The notes: a model not told the origin generated them from the sequence alone. 64,000 bases of DNA from an uncultured Thermoleophilia bacterium (GCA_963772095.1 CAVYVU010000017.1:162201-226200), one strand, 5' to 3'. Shown: positions 19,288-30,021, numbered from the stretch's first letter. Translations and numbers: made by a program.

Positions 19288-20076
19288 CGCATGTCGGACA
19301 ACGTAGTCATCATCACCGGCGCCGCCAAAGGGATCGGCCGGGGCATCGCCCGAGTCTTCGCGTCCGAAGGGGCCACTGTGATCATAGCCGACCTGGACGA
19401 GCAGGCTGGCAACGCCGCCGCCACGAATCTTGCCGAGACCGGCGCCATCGTCGACTTCGTGATGACTGATGTAACGCGGCAAGCATCCTGCGAAGCGGCA
19501 GTAAAGACCGTGATCGAAAGGTTCGGCCGTGTGGACATCTTGGTGAGCAACGCCGGCATCTACCCACAGGCATTCCTGCACCAGATGACCGAGGCCGACT
19601 GGGATAGGATCTTCGCGGTCAACGTCAAGGGCATGTTCTTCATGGTCACGGCGGTGCTGCCCCATATGCGACACCGCCGTCGCGGGCGCATCGTGCTCAC
19701 CTCTTCGGTCACTGGTCCCATCACCGGCTATCCCGGATGGGCACATTACGGCGCGACCAAGGCGGCGATGCTCGGCTTCATGCGCAGCGCTGCAATCGAG
19801 GTCGCCATGGAGGGCGTGACCATCAATGCCGTGATGCCCGGAAACATCATGACCGAGGGCATGGAGAGCATGGGGCAGGACTACATCAACGCGTTAGCCA
19901 CCTCTATACCGATGAAGAGGCTCGGCGAGCCGGAAGACGTCGGCTACGCGACGCTCTTCCTGGCATCAAACGATGCAAAGTACATTACGGGCCAGACGAT
20001 CGTCGTGGACGGTGGCCAGCTGCTGCCGGAAGGTGTAGAGGCATTGGGTGACACGACGAGCCAATCTTCCCGCTAG
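19288..20076 (+). CDS. Short-chain dehydrogenase/reductase (FabG-like)
   Basis: VVIITGAAKGIGRGIA, NAG, and the S...YGATK catalytic pattern. Confidence 0.85.
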   Translation, partial: RMSDNVVIITGAAKGIGRGIARVFASEGATVIIADLDEQAGNAAATNLAETGAIVDFVMTDVTRQASCEAAVKTVIERFGRVDILVSNAGIYPQAFLHQMTEADWDRIFAVNVKGMFFMVTAVLPHMRHRRRGRIVLTSSVTGPITGYPGWAHYGATKAAMLGFMRSAAIEVAMEGVTINAVMPGNIMTEGMESMGQDYINALATSIPMKRLGEPEDVGYATLFLASNDAKYITGQTIVVDGGQLLPEGVEALGDTTSQSSR

Positions 20077-20191
20077 ATACGTGGACGACCCGTCCGACCA
20101 GAACCGCGCTCGCTGTTGCTTGGAGCCGCCTGACCTGAGCTGATGCGCCACCAGCAGCGGCCCCTTGGCCCGCTGCTTTGCTATGGATCAC

Positions 20192-20248
20192 GTCGCAAGG
20201 GCCCGGTGCCAAGCTCGACTTCTGAGCTTGGCACCGGGCCCTTGCGAC
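20192..20248. terminator. 25-bp perfect hairpin (7-nt loop) between convergent SDR and gldA
   Basis: GTCGCAAGGGCCCGGTGCCAAGCTC-gacttct-GAGCTTGGCACCGGGCCCTTGCGAC. No U-tract on either strand. Confidence 0.6.
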
Positions 20249-20283
20249 ACAGAACGTCCTTCTACCGCTGCCGACGAAACACC

Positions 20284-21399
20284 TCAGCCCCGCGCTGCGA
20301 GGTACGCCCGGCCAAGTGCGTCTGCGCCCTTAATGGCGTCCATCGTGCTCTCAGGAGTCACAGACATCGGCTCACAGTACATTGTGTCTCCAGGTGCACC
20401 GGCCGCCTTACCGACCTCCAGCAGTTTGCGGTCCAAATCAGCTCCCTCATCCGTCAAGTTCAGCTGAGCAAGCGTCATGGGAAGGTTCACTGAGTGAAGG
20501 AAGCCAAGTACCTCGTCGATCTGCTTCTTGGGCCGGTTCTCCAACACCTGCATCGCTAGCACGCCGAAGGCGACTTTCTCGCCGTGTGAGAGCGAGTGAG
20601 TTTCCTCCAGTACGGTGAAACCGTTGTGAATGGCATGAGCACCGGCCAGGCCAGTGCTTTCGAAGCCGAGCGCGCCCATCAGCAGAACGGCCTCGACCAC
20701 CTTTTCATATGCCGGGGTCGCTGCTTGGACTTCGGCCGCCCGAATCGCATCTAAGCCATAAGTGATCAACGTCTCATAACAGAGCTTGGCTATGGCTAGA
20801 GCTGTTGCGGTGGCTGTGCCTCCAGCGAAGTTTGGTTTCGCTGTCAGAGCGCACGTTTCACCCTCGATCCACGCGGCCAGAGCATCCCCCATCCCCATCA
20901 TGAGCATCCGCGCCGGGTTCTTGACAAGAATACTTGTGTCTGCCACGACCAGATCAGGGTTTCGCGGCAGGAAGACGTATTCCTCAAACACGCCTTCTGG
21001 GCTGTAGATGACCGTGACCGCGCTGCAGGCGGCATTGGTAGCCACTGTGGTAGGAATGTTGATCCAACGGGCCCCCGCATCTCGACCAACCACTTTGGCT
21101 GTGTCAAGCACTTTGCCGCCGCCAACGCCGATGACCACCGATGCTTCTGCCGTCTTCGCGATCTCCACAAGCCGGCGAATCTCCTCCCAGGACGACTCGC
21201 CGCGGAAGAGTTCCACGCTGACCTTCACTCCAGCCGCCTCGAGGCTACTCATCAGGGATGACTGGGCCGCTTGGAGGGCCGTCTTGCCACCAATGATCAG
21301 TGCCCGCTTGCCCATTCCGGCCGCGTACTTGCCTACTTCGGCGACCGCACCTGGCCCCTGAACATACTTACTCGGGCTGATCAACGTCTTCATCAACAT
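20284..21399 (-). CDS. gldA: Glycerol dehydrogenase (iron-containing ADH family)
   Basis: Co-linear with E. coli GldA as I recall it: SPSKYVQGPG..., GVGGGKVLDTAK, PTTVATNAACSAVTVIY, GMGDALAAWIEGETC. Confidence 0.85.
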   Translation of the reverse strand: MLMKTLISPSKYVQGPGAVAEVGKYAAGMGKRALIIGGKTALQAAQSSLMSSLEAAGVKVSVELFRGESSWEEIRRLVEIAKTAEASVVIGVGGGKVLDTAKVVGRDAGARWINIPTTVATNAACSAVTVIYSPEGVFEEYVFLPRNPDLVVADTSILVKNPARMLMMGMGDALAAWIEGETCALTAKPNFAGGTATATALAIAKLCYETLITYGLDAIRAAEVQAATPAYEKVVEAVLLMGALGFESTGLAGAHAIHNGFTVLEETHSLSHGEKVAFGVLAMQVLENRPKKQIDEVLGFLHSVNLPMTLAQLNLTDEGADLDRKLLEVGKAAGAPGDTMYCEPMSVTPESTMDAIKGADALGRAYLAARG

Positions 21400-21409
21400 C
21401 GCCGGTACC

Positions 21410-22747
21410 TCAAATGTCCAAGGTGTTGAGCGACATCTCGTTTTCGGCTACGGATTCCTCTAGGATATCGAGAGCCTTGTCGGCCTCGGCATCAGTCAAG
21501 ATCAGAGGCGGCTTCAACTTGATGATATTGCCTTGGCCGCGCGCGCCGTTGGTGCCGAACAGCGCGCCCTTGTTGAGGGCCAAGCCGAATATGTTCCCGG
21601 CCCCCGCGAACCATGGCTCCCTCGTAGCCTTGTCCTTGACGATTTCCACGCCGATGAACATACCCATCGCCCGGACATCGCCTATGGACTTGTACTTGGC
21701 CATCATCTCGTTCAGCCGCTTGGTCAGTCGGTCGCCCTGCCGCGCCGCTTTTCCGGGGAGGTTCTCCTCGTTGACGAAGTCGATGGTTGCCGCGCCCGCC
21801 GCGCAGGAAATCGGGCTTCCGCCGAAGGTGAAGATCTGCCACTGGTCGTCGATCAACGTCTCCGGAAGTATGCCGTTCCTGATCACAGTGGCAGCGACGG
21901 GCATGCCGCCGCCTATAGCCTTGGACGTGGTGAAGATGTCCGGCTCGACATCGAAGTACTCGGCCGCCCACCACTTACCGGAGCGTCCGACACCAGTCTG
22001 AACCTCGTCCAGGATGTAGAGGACCTTGTACTCGTCGCAGATCTCGCGTATCCGCTTGAAGTAGGCTTTGGGTGGAACCATATGTCCACCGTTACCCGGA
22101 ACCGGCTCCTGAATGAAAGCGGCAACGCTCCCGGCAGAGCCGTACTTGATGGCGTGGCGAAGAGCTTCAGCGCATTCCAGTCCGCAGGACTCCGGCTTCT
22201 GGCCGAAGTAGCAGCGATAGCAGTATGCATTCGGAATCTGGTGGAACCCGGGATACCGAGGCCAGGGGCCGACACGGCTGTACGACTGACCCAGCAATCC
22301 CAGCTCAGCAAGAGTGTTGCCATGGTACGCGAAGTAGGTGGAGATCACCTCGTTCTTGCCGGTCGCGATCATCGCCATCTTCAACGCGACTTCATTGGCT
22401 TCAGAACCGCCGCTGGAGATGTACATCTTGCAATTGTTCTTCATGCGCCCCGGAGCAACAGCAGCGAGCTTCTCGGAAAAGACAGTCCGGGGGTCGTTGA
22501 TGAAGGAAGTCAGGATATGAAACGACTTATCAGCCTGCTCCTTGACAGCCGCGACAACCTTGGGGTTACAATGCCCGACCCCAATCACGCCGGCAGTCTG
22601 AGCCAGCATGTCGATGTACTCTTTGCCGTCGGAATCCCAGAACTTGGACCCCAGCCCCTTCACAACGTCAATAGGAATGTAGCCCCAGCCATGGATCAAG
22701 AACTGCCTGTCACGTCTGATCGCGTCCTGTGTTGACATCTCGAACAT
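21410..22747 (-). CDS. Class III (omega/acetylornithine-type) PLP aminotransferase
   Basis: GHCNPKVVAAVKEQ, SGGSEANEVALKMA, LDEVQTGVGRSGKWWA, FTTSKAIGGG (PLP Lys). Confidence 0.85.
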   Translation of the reverse strand: MFEMSTQDAIRRDRQFLIHGWGYIPIDVVKGLGSKFWDSDGKEYIDMLAQTAGVIGVGHCNPKVVAAVKEQADKSFHILTSFINDPRTVFSEKLAAVAPGRMKNNCKMYISSGGSEANEVALKMAMIATGKNEVISTYFAYHGNTLAELGLLGQSYSRVGPWPRYPGFHQIPNAYCYRCYFGQKPESCGLECAEALRHAIKYGSAGSVAAFIQEPVPGNGGHMVPPKAYFKRIREICDEYKVLYILDEVQTGVGRSGKWWAAEYFDVEPDIFTTSKAIGGGMPVAATVIRNGILPETLIDDQWQIFTFGGSPISCAAGAATIDFVNEENLPGKAARQGDRLTKRLNEMMAKYKSIGDVRAMGMFIGVEIVKDKATREPWFAGAGNIFGLALNKGALFGTNGARGQGNIIKLKPPLILTDAEADKALDILEESVAENEMSLNTLDI

Positions 22748-22926
22748 CGGATAATTCCTTTCGCCGTTGATGGCTACGGATGCATCCACACTGTCGCTCC
22801 GACTCAAGGTCCGCTCGGCATGGACTCTCTTCTCGAATCATAAGTCCAGTTGCCTCTTGGCGAGTTCAGCCTTCCCATCGTCACCCTCCCGTCGCGCCCG
22901 TCGCGTGGAAGTCGATGCTTTGTCTC

Positions 22927-23719
22927 CTAGTCGATCAGGTGCTCGGCGCGCTCCACCTCTTCGACGTCGTTGTACCACTGCTTTTTCGTCCCCACCTTAG
23001 CCCTGAGCTTCCAACCGAGCGACTTCGGCTCTTTCTCGATGATGGCGAGCAACTCGTCGATCCGGGCGGAGATGACGTCGCGATCATCCAAGGATAGAGC
23101 GTCGTACTCACCCAGGAGTGACTTAATCTTGGTCAAGTTGGTGGTGGAGGTGTAGTAGAAGCCCCAGTCTTTGGCCATGATCTTGCTTATGTACTCAACG
23201 TTGACGACCTCGTGGTCGCTGTCCCCGATCTCATGCTCCCGAAGCAGCATCATCACATCTTTGACGTCTTTTTCATTGATGTGGACGATCTGCAGTTTCT
23301 CCAGCATGAGGTCGGCCAGGCTGATCGTCGGTTTGTCGATCTCGAGCCGTCCGTGCTTCCAGCTGACGACATGGCACATGTTCAGCTCGTCGAAGAAGAT
23401 GTCGACGTGGGGTCGCTCGCCACTAGCGTCATCGTAGATCTTCCGGCCCATCATAAGGCCAGGCGTCAGAGACGCGGTCTGCGATTCGTACCCCATACTC
23501 CTGCAAAAAGAACTTGTCTATCGCCTTCTCCTGCTTGTAGTAGGCGGCGAAGTCGAGATCGGTCAGGATCCGATTCATCGAGACCTGGAGGTCCTTATGA
23601 GCGGGGCAGTGAATGCGGAATGCCACTGCTCCCAACAGCCGAAGAAGGATACCGCTCTTCTCGGCTGAATCGATGATTTCCAACGCCAGTCTTTCGAACT
23701 CGTTTTGTTCTAGTTCCAT
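22927..23719 (-). pseudogene. Nucleotidyltransferase-like protein (PF14907-like), split by one frameshift at a G4/C4 run (23491-23494)
   Basis: ORFs 23429..23719 and 22927..23496 join as ...FFLQEYG|YESQTASL... They are co-linear with the intact paralog at 29212..30021 (ILLRLLGAVAFRIHC / IVLRLLGGLAVRFHC; ...WKLRAKVG / WRLRAKIG). Confidence 0.6.
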
Positions 23720-23797
23720 GTCCTTCGCTGGTCCCCCCTTACAGGAATAATCAAAACCACATCGGCGGCTACCTCTCGCCGCGCAAGGCCAGAACCC

Positions 23798-24754
23798 TCA
23801 TCCGGAGGTGAAGGTCACGTTCTTGATGCCCTTCTTGTCGATATCCACTATGACGCCTCTCAATACCCCTTCGCCATATTCGCTGCCTGGGTTGACGCAA
23901 ACGGTGCGACCCAGCTTTTGTGATCCTCTGCTCTCATGTATGTGACCATGCAACCCCAGCCTGGGCTGATACTTATCTATGGCGCGGCGAACGGCCCGGC
24001 TGCCAACCGGGACCATGTGCGGTTTGCCGCCCATCTCAAGGGTAGGCCGCATTTGGTCGTCCAATTGGGGCGCTTGGTCGATCACGGTGTCGTAGGGTGG
24101 ACAATGGAAGTTGAAGATACAGTGCTCGAAATCCTTCACCTGGACGGCCATCGAGTCGATTATGGCCTCGAGTTGCTCCTCTGGAAGGTCCCGCGGGCAT
24201 TGCCATGGCGTGATATTGCCATACCCGGTGCTGACCATCGTGTAGTGCTCGTCGATCTGGATCAGTTTGCCCTCGGGATTCAAAACTCTGGTACCACTCT
24301 CGAAGAGTGGATCGATGTCGAACTCATCGTCGTTGCCGGGCTGGACATAGCATCGGATATTGGTCCCCTCCAATCGTTCCTCGGCGAATTGGAGAGACTC
24401 GCTGATCCGCTCCTTCATCAGACTCTTGAAGATGGCATCCTGAGCGGCGGTATCGCCGGCAAGTCTTTCCAGCTCTTCCGGATCGGTCATGTATGGGTAG
24501 TAGCCCATATCGATGATGTTCCGCTTGAGCCCCTCGACCTGCTCTTCATCCTTGACCACGTGTTCGCGATCGAGGTGATTGACCGTGAACGACCCATCGG
24601 GTTGTCGCACGAACGGGATGACCTTCTTGCCGGTGATATCTCCACCCAGAATGATCACGTGGGCATCGTAGAACTTGCCGCCGTTGATGAACTTCCTGAA
24701 ACAGACGTTGGACCCATGCGTGTCGGTGGTGAAAAAGACGCGTGTTACTGCCAT
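23798..24754 (-). CDS. Metallophosphoesterase (calcineurin-like)
   Basis: FFTTDTHGS, ILGGDITGK, GNDD, and GLHGHIHES motifs in order. Confidence 0.8.
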   Translation of the reverse strand: MAVTRVFFTTDTHGSNVCFRKFINGGKFYDAHVIILGGDITGKKVIPFVRQPDGSFTVNHLDREHVVKDEEQVEGLKRNIIDMGYYPYMTDPEELERLAGDTAAQDAIFKSLMKERISESLQFAEERLEGTNIRCYVQPGNDDEFDIDPLFESGTRVLNPEGKLIQIDEHYTMVSTGYGNITPWQCPRDLPEEQLEAIIDSMAVQVKDFEHCIFNFHCPPYDTVIDQAPQLDDQMRPTLEMGGKPHMVPVGSRAVRRAIDKYQPRLGLHGHIHESRGSQKLGRTVCVNPGSEYGEGVLRGVIVDIDKKGIKNVTFTSG

Positions 24755-24847
24755 ACACCTCAACCTTTTCTGGGCTGGGTCGGGCGCTCCCGACCCAGCC
24801 CATCACGAATGCTACTACCCTTGGATCACAGTCGCTGACAGACCACC

Positions 24848-26503
24848 TCAGTCGGGCGGTATCGTCTTGAAGCGTATGTCCATCGGCACGCCCTTACTTC
24901 TCTGCCAGGTTGTGGCGATGAAGTAGATGATAATCGGGAGAATAACGAAGAAGAGTGCCGTGTACGCGAGATTCTTGGTATTCATGGTCGGCGTGGTGCC
25001 CGTGAGGAAGGTGGCGTATACGGTGACCGCGGACACGATCGTTCCGACGAATCCCAGAATGGTGATCACAGGTATGACCCAGCAACTTCGACTGCACGAG
25101 TTGCGGGGACTTCTCGAAGATGTCCTTGCGAACGTAGGGAAACACCATGGCGGCAATCCCAAGGATCAACCACCCGACCATCCAGATCGTCACCGTGTAG
25201 GTGATGTAGTTGTACCACGTGGTGAAGGTCGCCACGGTGAGCACCAACCACGCAATAGCACCGGCCAGTAGAACGGCGCGGTTCGGGGAGCCGTTTCGAG
25301 AGACCTTGTTCGCCCACGCGGGAATCAGGCCATCAAAGGCGAAGGCGAACAGGTTTCGGACCGGACCGAAGGACAGCCCGAGGATGCCGCCCCAGGTGGC
25401 GACCAGGAAGCCGAACGGGCCGGCAAGGGCCACGAGGAACCAGTTCTGGGTCATCCACACGACCATGTAGCTGATGAGTCGGGTAGGTGCCGAGCATCGC
25501 GCTGGCCTCTCCCTGGGTCTCGAGCAAGGCCAGGGATCGGATGGTGTTTTCGCCGATGCCGTAGTTCGCCACTTTGGTGAACAGGATCCAGTACACCACG
25601 AACAGGGCCATGGACCCTAGCTGGGCCAAAGGCATGGCTTTGTTGACCTTCTTGATCTCGCCAGAGATGTTGGCGGCGTAGGTGGACCCCAAAGTGCTCA
25701 GGTTCACGAACGCGAGGCCGGCCCAAATGGTGGCCGCCACGGCGAATACCGGCAGGCCTCCTAGCGTTTTCACCGCGCTCGTCACATCGGAAAACTGATG
25801 CCCTGGGTGGCCTGGAATCCGGCGATGGTGTGGGCCTCGCCGCCTGCTACCAAACAAATGACGATGAACGTGATCAACATGACCCACTGGAAGACGAGGA
25901 CGGTCCACATTGCCCTCATCACGGCCTTGGTGCCCTGGACATAACGACGAACGCCGAGATAAGCAGCACTGACGCGATGCCCCATATCACCCATCTGCTA
26001 TCTGGGGTCGTGATGCTGAGATACTTGCCCCAGTGGATGAGAGTCTGGTTCCCGATGCGCCAGTCCCTCTGACAGGAAGAGGTTGCCGAACCCCCAGTTC
26101 ACGGCCCACTGCGAGAGGAGTCCTGACCAGTTGATGCCGACGATGGTGAGGGTCCAGCAAGCGATGAAGCCGAGGAGTGGGTGCAGGATACGACTGACAT
26201 AGATGTACTCACCGCCGGATCTCGGCATGCTGAGTGACATGAACACATAGATGGCGGCGATCGGGAAGAGCGCAAAGATAAGTGAAGCTTGTCAGGAATC
26301 CCTTGGCACCGAGATAGAGCGTCTGTTCTTGAGTGTAAGTAGAGGAAGGCAAACGTCATCGTCGGGCAGACAAAAGCGTAGACCAGAGCGCTCCACGGAC
26401 TGACCGTCCTCGTCAGGCCGGAGGCGCGCCGTACGAACAGTTCCCCCACTGGTCCCTGTCCTTCCTTTGCTTGTTTCGCCACAATCCACCTCCCTTCAGA
26501 CAC
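24848..26503 (-). pseudogene. APC-superfamily amino acid permease, disrupted by at least six frame changes
   Basis: Permease-like segments lie in successive frames: ...VYAFVCPTMTFAFLYL | YTQEQTLYLGAKGF | IFALFPIAAIYVFMSLSMPRSGGEYIYVSR... | ...WTVLVFQWVMLITFIV | ...TLGGLPVFAVAATIWAGLAF... | ...VVWMTQNWFLVALAGPFGFL... | ...ILPIIIYFIATTWQRSKG. Confidence 0.8.
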
Positions 26504-27071
26504 GACTACGGTGTAAAGGTCGATGCAGCAATTGGGCTTGGCTAAGGGACGATATGCAGGAGTCCTTGTCTGTTGTTAGCCTACGAAGCCAGCGCAAGCA
26601 GTTGCCCGTTCCGCGCTCAGCCAACCCGGCCCCCTGATGCAACAAAGGGAACCACAGACTGCCCCCCGCTCCTGCCTCACCTCCCTTCCGCCCCCCAATA
26701 CGGCCTTGGCCGGCTCAAGGGACGCCCCATTGTGAACTCCGGTGGGACCACTCTGGAACGACATGACTGTACACAACGGCACACACCGTCGCAAGGGTTC
26801 ATTCTGCAACATTATCGTGGACCGCCAGTGGAGCTTTCTTGCCTTGGAATCTAATGAGTCACGGGCGCTTGGAGGAGCGGCCGCGGCCGGAGGAGAAGCC
26901 CCCCACGAGCCTGGCAAGGGACACCCTCCCGACTTCGCCCGCAAACAGCTCTTTGATAACATCTTGATGAGGAACGGGCTCGCCTCTCGGGACAACGGAG
27001 AGGTCAGATCCCGCGGGACGCTCGTCCGCGAATCCGAGGAGCACCGGCTGCGGAGACCCCCGCGACAGAGC

Positions 27072-29094
27072 ATGAGGCATTGGCTGGAGGCACCCCATCA
27101 GAGAGGAAAAGCGCACCACCTGCATCCGCGACTGTCCCGATACTTGCGGCGTCATTGCAGTGGTCGAAGACGGGAAGATCGTCGGTCACAGAGGTGACCC
27201 TGCGCACGGGGTTACCCGTGGTGTCCTCTGCTGGCGCGGAAACAACTATCTCAAACGCTTCTATCATCCCGAACCGCGTGCTCTATCCGCTCCGGCGTAC
27301 TGAGATCGGCTGGAAACGTCTGTCCTGGGATGACGCCTTGGAACTCGTCGCCGAGAGGCTGACACACGATCGGAGCGCCTTCGGTCCTCGTTCTGTGCTG
27401 GTGGTCAACTACTCGGGAGTGCGCGGCCTGGTATCGAACGCGCTCGGTCGCCTCTTCTGGTCCCACTTTGGCGGAGCAACCTTCAGCGTGGGCGGCCTGA
27501 GCTTCGAAGCGAACGAAGCGGCTCAGGGCCTCGATTTCGGCGGCGACGGCACGCATGAGCCCGAGGATCTGGCCAACAGCGCCGCTCTCGTCGATCTGGG
27601 GCAAGAACATCGCCGTCACGCATCAGCACTGGATGCCCTTCATCGACGAGGCCCGGAAGAAAGGCGCACCGGTGGTCGTGATCGATCCGATGCAACTGCC
27701 TGACGGCGCAGAAGGCCGACCGCTTCTACCAGATCCGACCAGGCAGCGACGGAATGCTGGCCGTCGGGGTTGCTCGTCTAGCTTCTCGAGAGCGAGCGTT
27801 TTGACGCCGCTTTCATCGGCGACCATAGCCATGGCTTCGCTGCCTACCGCGAGCTGGTCTTCTCCCACAGCATGCGGGACGTCATGTCCGCGACCGACCT
27901 CACAGCGGAGCAGATCGGCGATCTCGCACAACTGTATGTCGAGAAGAAACCTCTGGCCACGCTCATCGGCTTGGGCACAGGATATTGGAAGAACAGCGGC
28001 GCCACGGTGCGGCTGATCGACGCTCTCGCTGCGATTAGCGGCAATATCGGCGTCTCTGGCGGAGGCGCGGGCACCAACATGACAGGGGCACGCGGCTTGG
28101 ACCTGACCGCGGGCAGCAAGGTGCCCTCGGTGGAGAGCAGGCGTGTTCTGTTGCCCCGATTGGGCGAGGAGCATTCTGGCCACCGAGGACCCGCCGCTAA
28201 AGATGGGCTGGATTGCGGGCGCTAATCCGGCGAGTTCGGCGCCAGACACGAGTCGGGTAAAGGAAGGGCTGCGTTCGTTGGAGTTCCTCGTTGTCGTCGA
28301 CCAGTTCATGACCGCAACCGCCGAGCTGGCTGACCTGATCCTGCCCTGTACCACCTATCTGGAGATGGACGATCTGGTAGACGCTTATGGTCACAACTGG
28401 CTGGGGCTGACCAAACCCGTCGTGTCGCCGAGGGGAGAGACGAAAAGCGACGGCGAGATCCTTCAGTTGCTGGCGCAACGGTTGGGCTTTGGAGAGGTAC
28501 TTGCTGGCGAGATGTCGGAATGGGCGGCGCGAGTGCTCGAGCCCTTGGAAGAATCCGGGCTGACACTCGATATGCTGCGGGAAAAGCCACGACGAAATCC
28601 AAGAGCAGTTGCCGTGCCTTTCGCGAACCACGAATTCGCCACGCCGTCCGGGAAGTTCGAGTTCGTCGGCCAGCTTCACCCCAACCGCCGTCACGAACGG
28701 CGAGGCTCTACACCTTGTCGCCAGCAAGACGCTCAGAACGCTCAACTCTCAGGTGTTGCCCGAGGACCTGCCCGAAGAGCCGATCGCGCGGGTCAACCCA
28801 GCGGTGATTGCGGAGCGGGGCTTGTCGAGGGTAGTGAGGGCATGGGTGGTGAGCAAGGTCGGCAGAGTCAAAGCGCGTGTGGTGGCCGACGGGTCCGTGC
28901 GCGACGACGTGCTTGTCTTCGACTCTGCATTGTGGAAAGGCGACCTGAGCGGCGTCAACCAACTGCGCGAAGCCGTCATGACCGACGTCGGCGATTGCGC
29001 GGCAATGCATCAAACAATGGTCACTCTCCGGCCGGTAGAAGAGTGCAACGGACCGGCCGGATCACACCGACAAGCCGCAGAATCAGGAGGATAA
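27072..29094 (+). pseudogene. Molybdopterin oxidoreductase (MopB family), disrupted by at least six frame changes
   Basis: EEKRTTCIRDCPDTCGVIAVVEDGKIVGHRGDPAHGVTRGVLC (4Fe-4S N-domain), then HPNRVLYPLRR.., IWGKNIAVTHQHWMPFIDEARKKGAPVVVIDP, LIGLGTGYWKNSGA.., WIAGANPASS..EFLVVVDQFMTATAELADLILPCTTYLE, and ..LHLVASKTLRTLNSQ..ARVNP.. each lie in a different frame. Confidence 0.8.
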
Positions 29095-29211
29095 CGAATA
29101 GGAAAGAGGAGCTCGCCCGGATCGTACCCCCGGGTGTGACCCCATGCCTAGGCGCGGCAACCTACGCCGTCGCGCACGTTTGTCGACCCTCCTTCCGGGA
29201 ACAAAGGGGCC

Positions 29212-30021
29212 ATGGAAGCCCTAGCTCCCACAGAACTTATACTCTCCACTCGCGAGGACATGATCGCCGAGGCGAAGCGCATCATCGACGCAGCTCGTGA
29301 GCAAGGCATCGTCCTGCGCCTCCTCGGCGGCCTCGCCGTACGCTTCCATTGTGAGTCGCTCGACTTCTGCGAGCGGGACCACGGCGACATCGACCTGGTC
29401 GGATTTGGGCACGACGTCGAGGGCATAGCCGCCCTTTTCGCCGATCTAGGTTACGAGGAGGTCGTCCACGTACGCCAGGCGACCGCGGGCCGCCAGCTGC
29501 AGTTCTCCAGAGAGTGCCGTCACAAGGACGAGTGGGCTCACTTCAGACCGCACGATGACGACCATATCGACGTCTTTCTTGACACCTTCAAGATGGATCA
29601 CGCGATCGACCTGAGCGACCGGCTTGGTCTCGACGAGTACACCATCTCGGTGAGCGATGTGCTCATTACGAAGCTGCAGATTGCCAAGCTGAACGAGAAG
29701 GACGAACGCGACATCTTCACCCTTCTTCAAGACCTCGAGCTTGGCAGTGCCGACGACCCGGGCGCGATCGACGTCCCCTATGTCGCCCGGCTCTGTGCAC
29801 ACGACTGGGGCCTCTTCCACGACGTTCAGCTTAACCTCGCGTTTCTGCGCGGGCGGCTCGAGGAGTACCCCTTGAAGCGCCGCGAGCGCGACCCGCTGCG
29901 CGACAAGCTCGCGCGCCTTGAGGAAGCGATCGAGGCCCAGCCCAAGTCGCGGGCCTGGCGGCTGCGCGCTAAGATCGGCACGCACCGTCCCTGGCACGAG
30001 ACGGTCGAAGAGCAGGACTAG
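29212..30021 (+). CDS. Nucleotidyltransferase-like protein (PF14907-like), intact paralog of 22927..23719
   Basis: GIVLRLLGGLAVRFHC...HGDIDLVG pattern. Co-linear along its full length with the split copy, at roughly 30% identity by eye. Confidence 0.6.
   Translation: MEALAPTELILSTREDMIAEAKRIIDAAREQGIVLRLLGGLAVRFHCESLDFCERDHGDIDLVGFGHDVEGIAALFADLGYEEVVHVRQATAGRQLQFSRECRHKDEWAHFRPHDDDHIDVFLDTFKMDHAIDLSDRLGLDEYTISVSDVLITKLQIAKLNEKDERDIFTLLQDLELGSADDPGAIDVPYVARLCAHDWGLFHDVQLNLAFLRGRLEEYPLKRRERDPLRDKLARLEEAIEAQPKSRAWRLRAKIGTHRPWHETVEEQD

Noticed and set aside
21533-22735. 400-aa plus-strand ORF
   Set aside because: Shadow ORF antisense to the class III aminotransferase, which has clear PLP-enzyme motifs.
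26504-27071. Moco riboswitch or small ORFs in the gap between the two pseudogenes
   Set aside because: I could not identify the conserved Moco-motif elements. The listed ORFs (26573..26854, 26576..27073, 26742..27197) have shadow-like composition, and one merely contains the frameshifted 5' end of the MopB gene.
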